DNA of 63,631 nt, filler included, from Octopus bimaculoides (Eukaryota): NCBI RefSeq assembly GCF_001194135.2. It is 10 parts of 10 records of this genome, joined end to end, with 100 filler letters (N's around TTAATTAATTAA, not from the genome) between each part and the next. Parts side by side here need not be neighbours in the genome. Positions count along the whole stretch, not along the records: positions 61,426 to 63,631 come from NC_068992.1; 9 more parts are not named here. The stretch is one strand, 5' to 3'. The notes below the pieces were generated by a model. It was not told where the DNA came from. It saw nothing but the letters and a program-made list of their open reading frames with translations, and ran no database searches. The translations under genes were made by a program, and so were the position numbers. Numbering within the stretch: the first letter of the stretch is position 1; each line of letters opens with the position of its first letter. Positions 63,570-63,631 of this stretch are shown here, piece after piece.

Positions 63570-63631
<62 letters not shown>

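Overview
AT-rich, repeat-saturated eukaryotic DNA with many N gaps. The SINE families, microsatellite density and TE mix look like an octopus (coleoid cephalopod) genome; this is inference from pattern recognition, not a database match. I can support no host protein-coding gene: almost all ORFs in the track are translations of microsatellites or N runs. The recognisable content is mobile DNA: about 25 tRNA-headed SINE copies of at least four families; Tc1/mariner relics (a DD34E Tc1, two DD37D maT-like copies, mariner fragments and MITEs); RTE, CR1/L2-like, L1/Tx1-like and HERO-like LINE fragments; a MULE C-terminus; and several Penelope-like (PLE) remnants. The most interesting signal is RNA structure in retroelement ends: seven hammerhead-ribozyme (HHR) motifs. 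One, in the 3' UTR of a HERO-like LINE (13041-13103, minus), has its three strands in a non-circularly permuted order. Two have Watson-Crick swaps of the catalytic 3-8 pair (G3-C8, A3-U8), two carry U4C, and one sits downstream of a tRNA-derived SINE head. Nine N44-TTAATTAATTAA-N44 blocks and several gap-flanking duplications are assembly artefacts. Family labels A-E are my own working names, and TE boundaries are approximate unless a TSD or TIR is given.
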